From Macrostomum lignano (Eukaryota): a stretch of DNA of 64,000 bases. The notes beneath the pieces were generated by a model. The model made no database searches and was not told the origin of the DNA. It saw only the letters and a list, made by a program, of their open reading frames with translations. The stretch spans positions 1 through 64,000 of the forward strand of contig NIVC01000723.1 of the NCBI GenBank assembly GCA_002269645.1. The letters run 5' to 3'. A program made the translations under genes and the position numbers. Below are positions 63,689-64,000 of this stretch, piece after piece; position 1 is the stretch's first letter; each line of letters starts with the position of its first letter.

Positions 63689-64000
63689 AAGCTTTAACTA
63701 CTAGCTTGCGTTCATTACTTTAATCGTGACTTGTTGTGTCTTTACGAAGAATTAATTGATAAAGATTGACTAAAAGTACTCATTAGTAGCAATTCATTGC
63801 ACTACAAGGATTTTCTAACGTATCTAATTAGTATCTGCTTGCTAGCAATTAGAATCACATTACCTCAGTAGAGAGTACACTAGTACTCTCCTGCTCACAA
63901 TGCAATCCTATGATTGACATTCAGTTAGTTCGAACACCTCAGCTTTTACACTAAATTTAATTAATTTAATGCTTAGTACAGTAATTCTGTCCCCCAATGC

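Overview
Eukaryotic (metazoan), repeat-rich genomic window. The GC3-rich exons separated by introns filled with private minisatellites suggest a flatworm such as Macrostomum (inference only). Host genes supported by splice-phase-consistent exon chains: an F-type lectin fragment (-), a sphingosine-1-phosphate phosphatase (+, 3 exons), a divergent Cys-loop ligand-gated ion channel (+, at least 6 exons), an intronless orphan multipass membrane ORF (+), and a type I Ig-like receptor with an ITIM-like and polyQ tail (+, 6 exons). The receptor's first coding intron contains an intronless temptin/DBH-monooxygenase-like gene lacking almost all copper ligands. Mobile DNA: a full-length, very young Ty3/gypsy LTR retrotransposon (15609-25376, -, two 1302-bp LTRs in which I found no differences, AATG TSD, tRNA-Leu PBS), a 5'-truncated RNase H-bearing LINE with a 14-bp TSD, and several MITE-like elements. 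About a quarter of the window is tandem repeat (hand estimate). Most unusual observations: (i) the LTR's U5 is built from stacked PBS-spacer-att modules; (ii) the element has an accessory ORF with SIM-like and LC8 TQT motifs; (iii) its integrase catalytic core is deleted in frame despite recent insertion; (iv) the nested monooxygenase appears to be a membrane-anchored pseudoenzyme. Several single-base frameshifts in homopolymers look like long-read assembly errors. No rRNA, tRNA genes or CRISPR arrays were seen.
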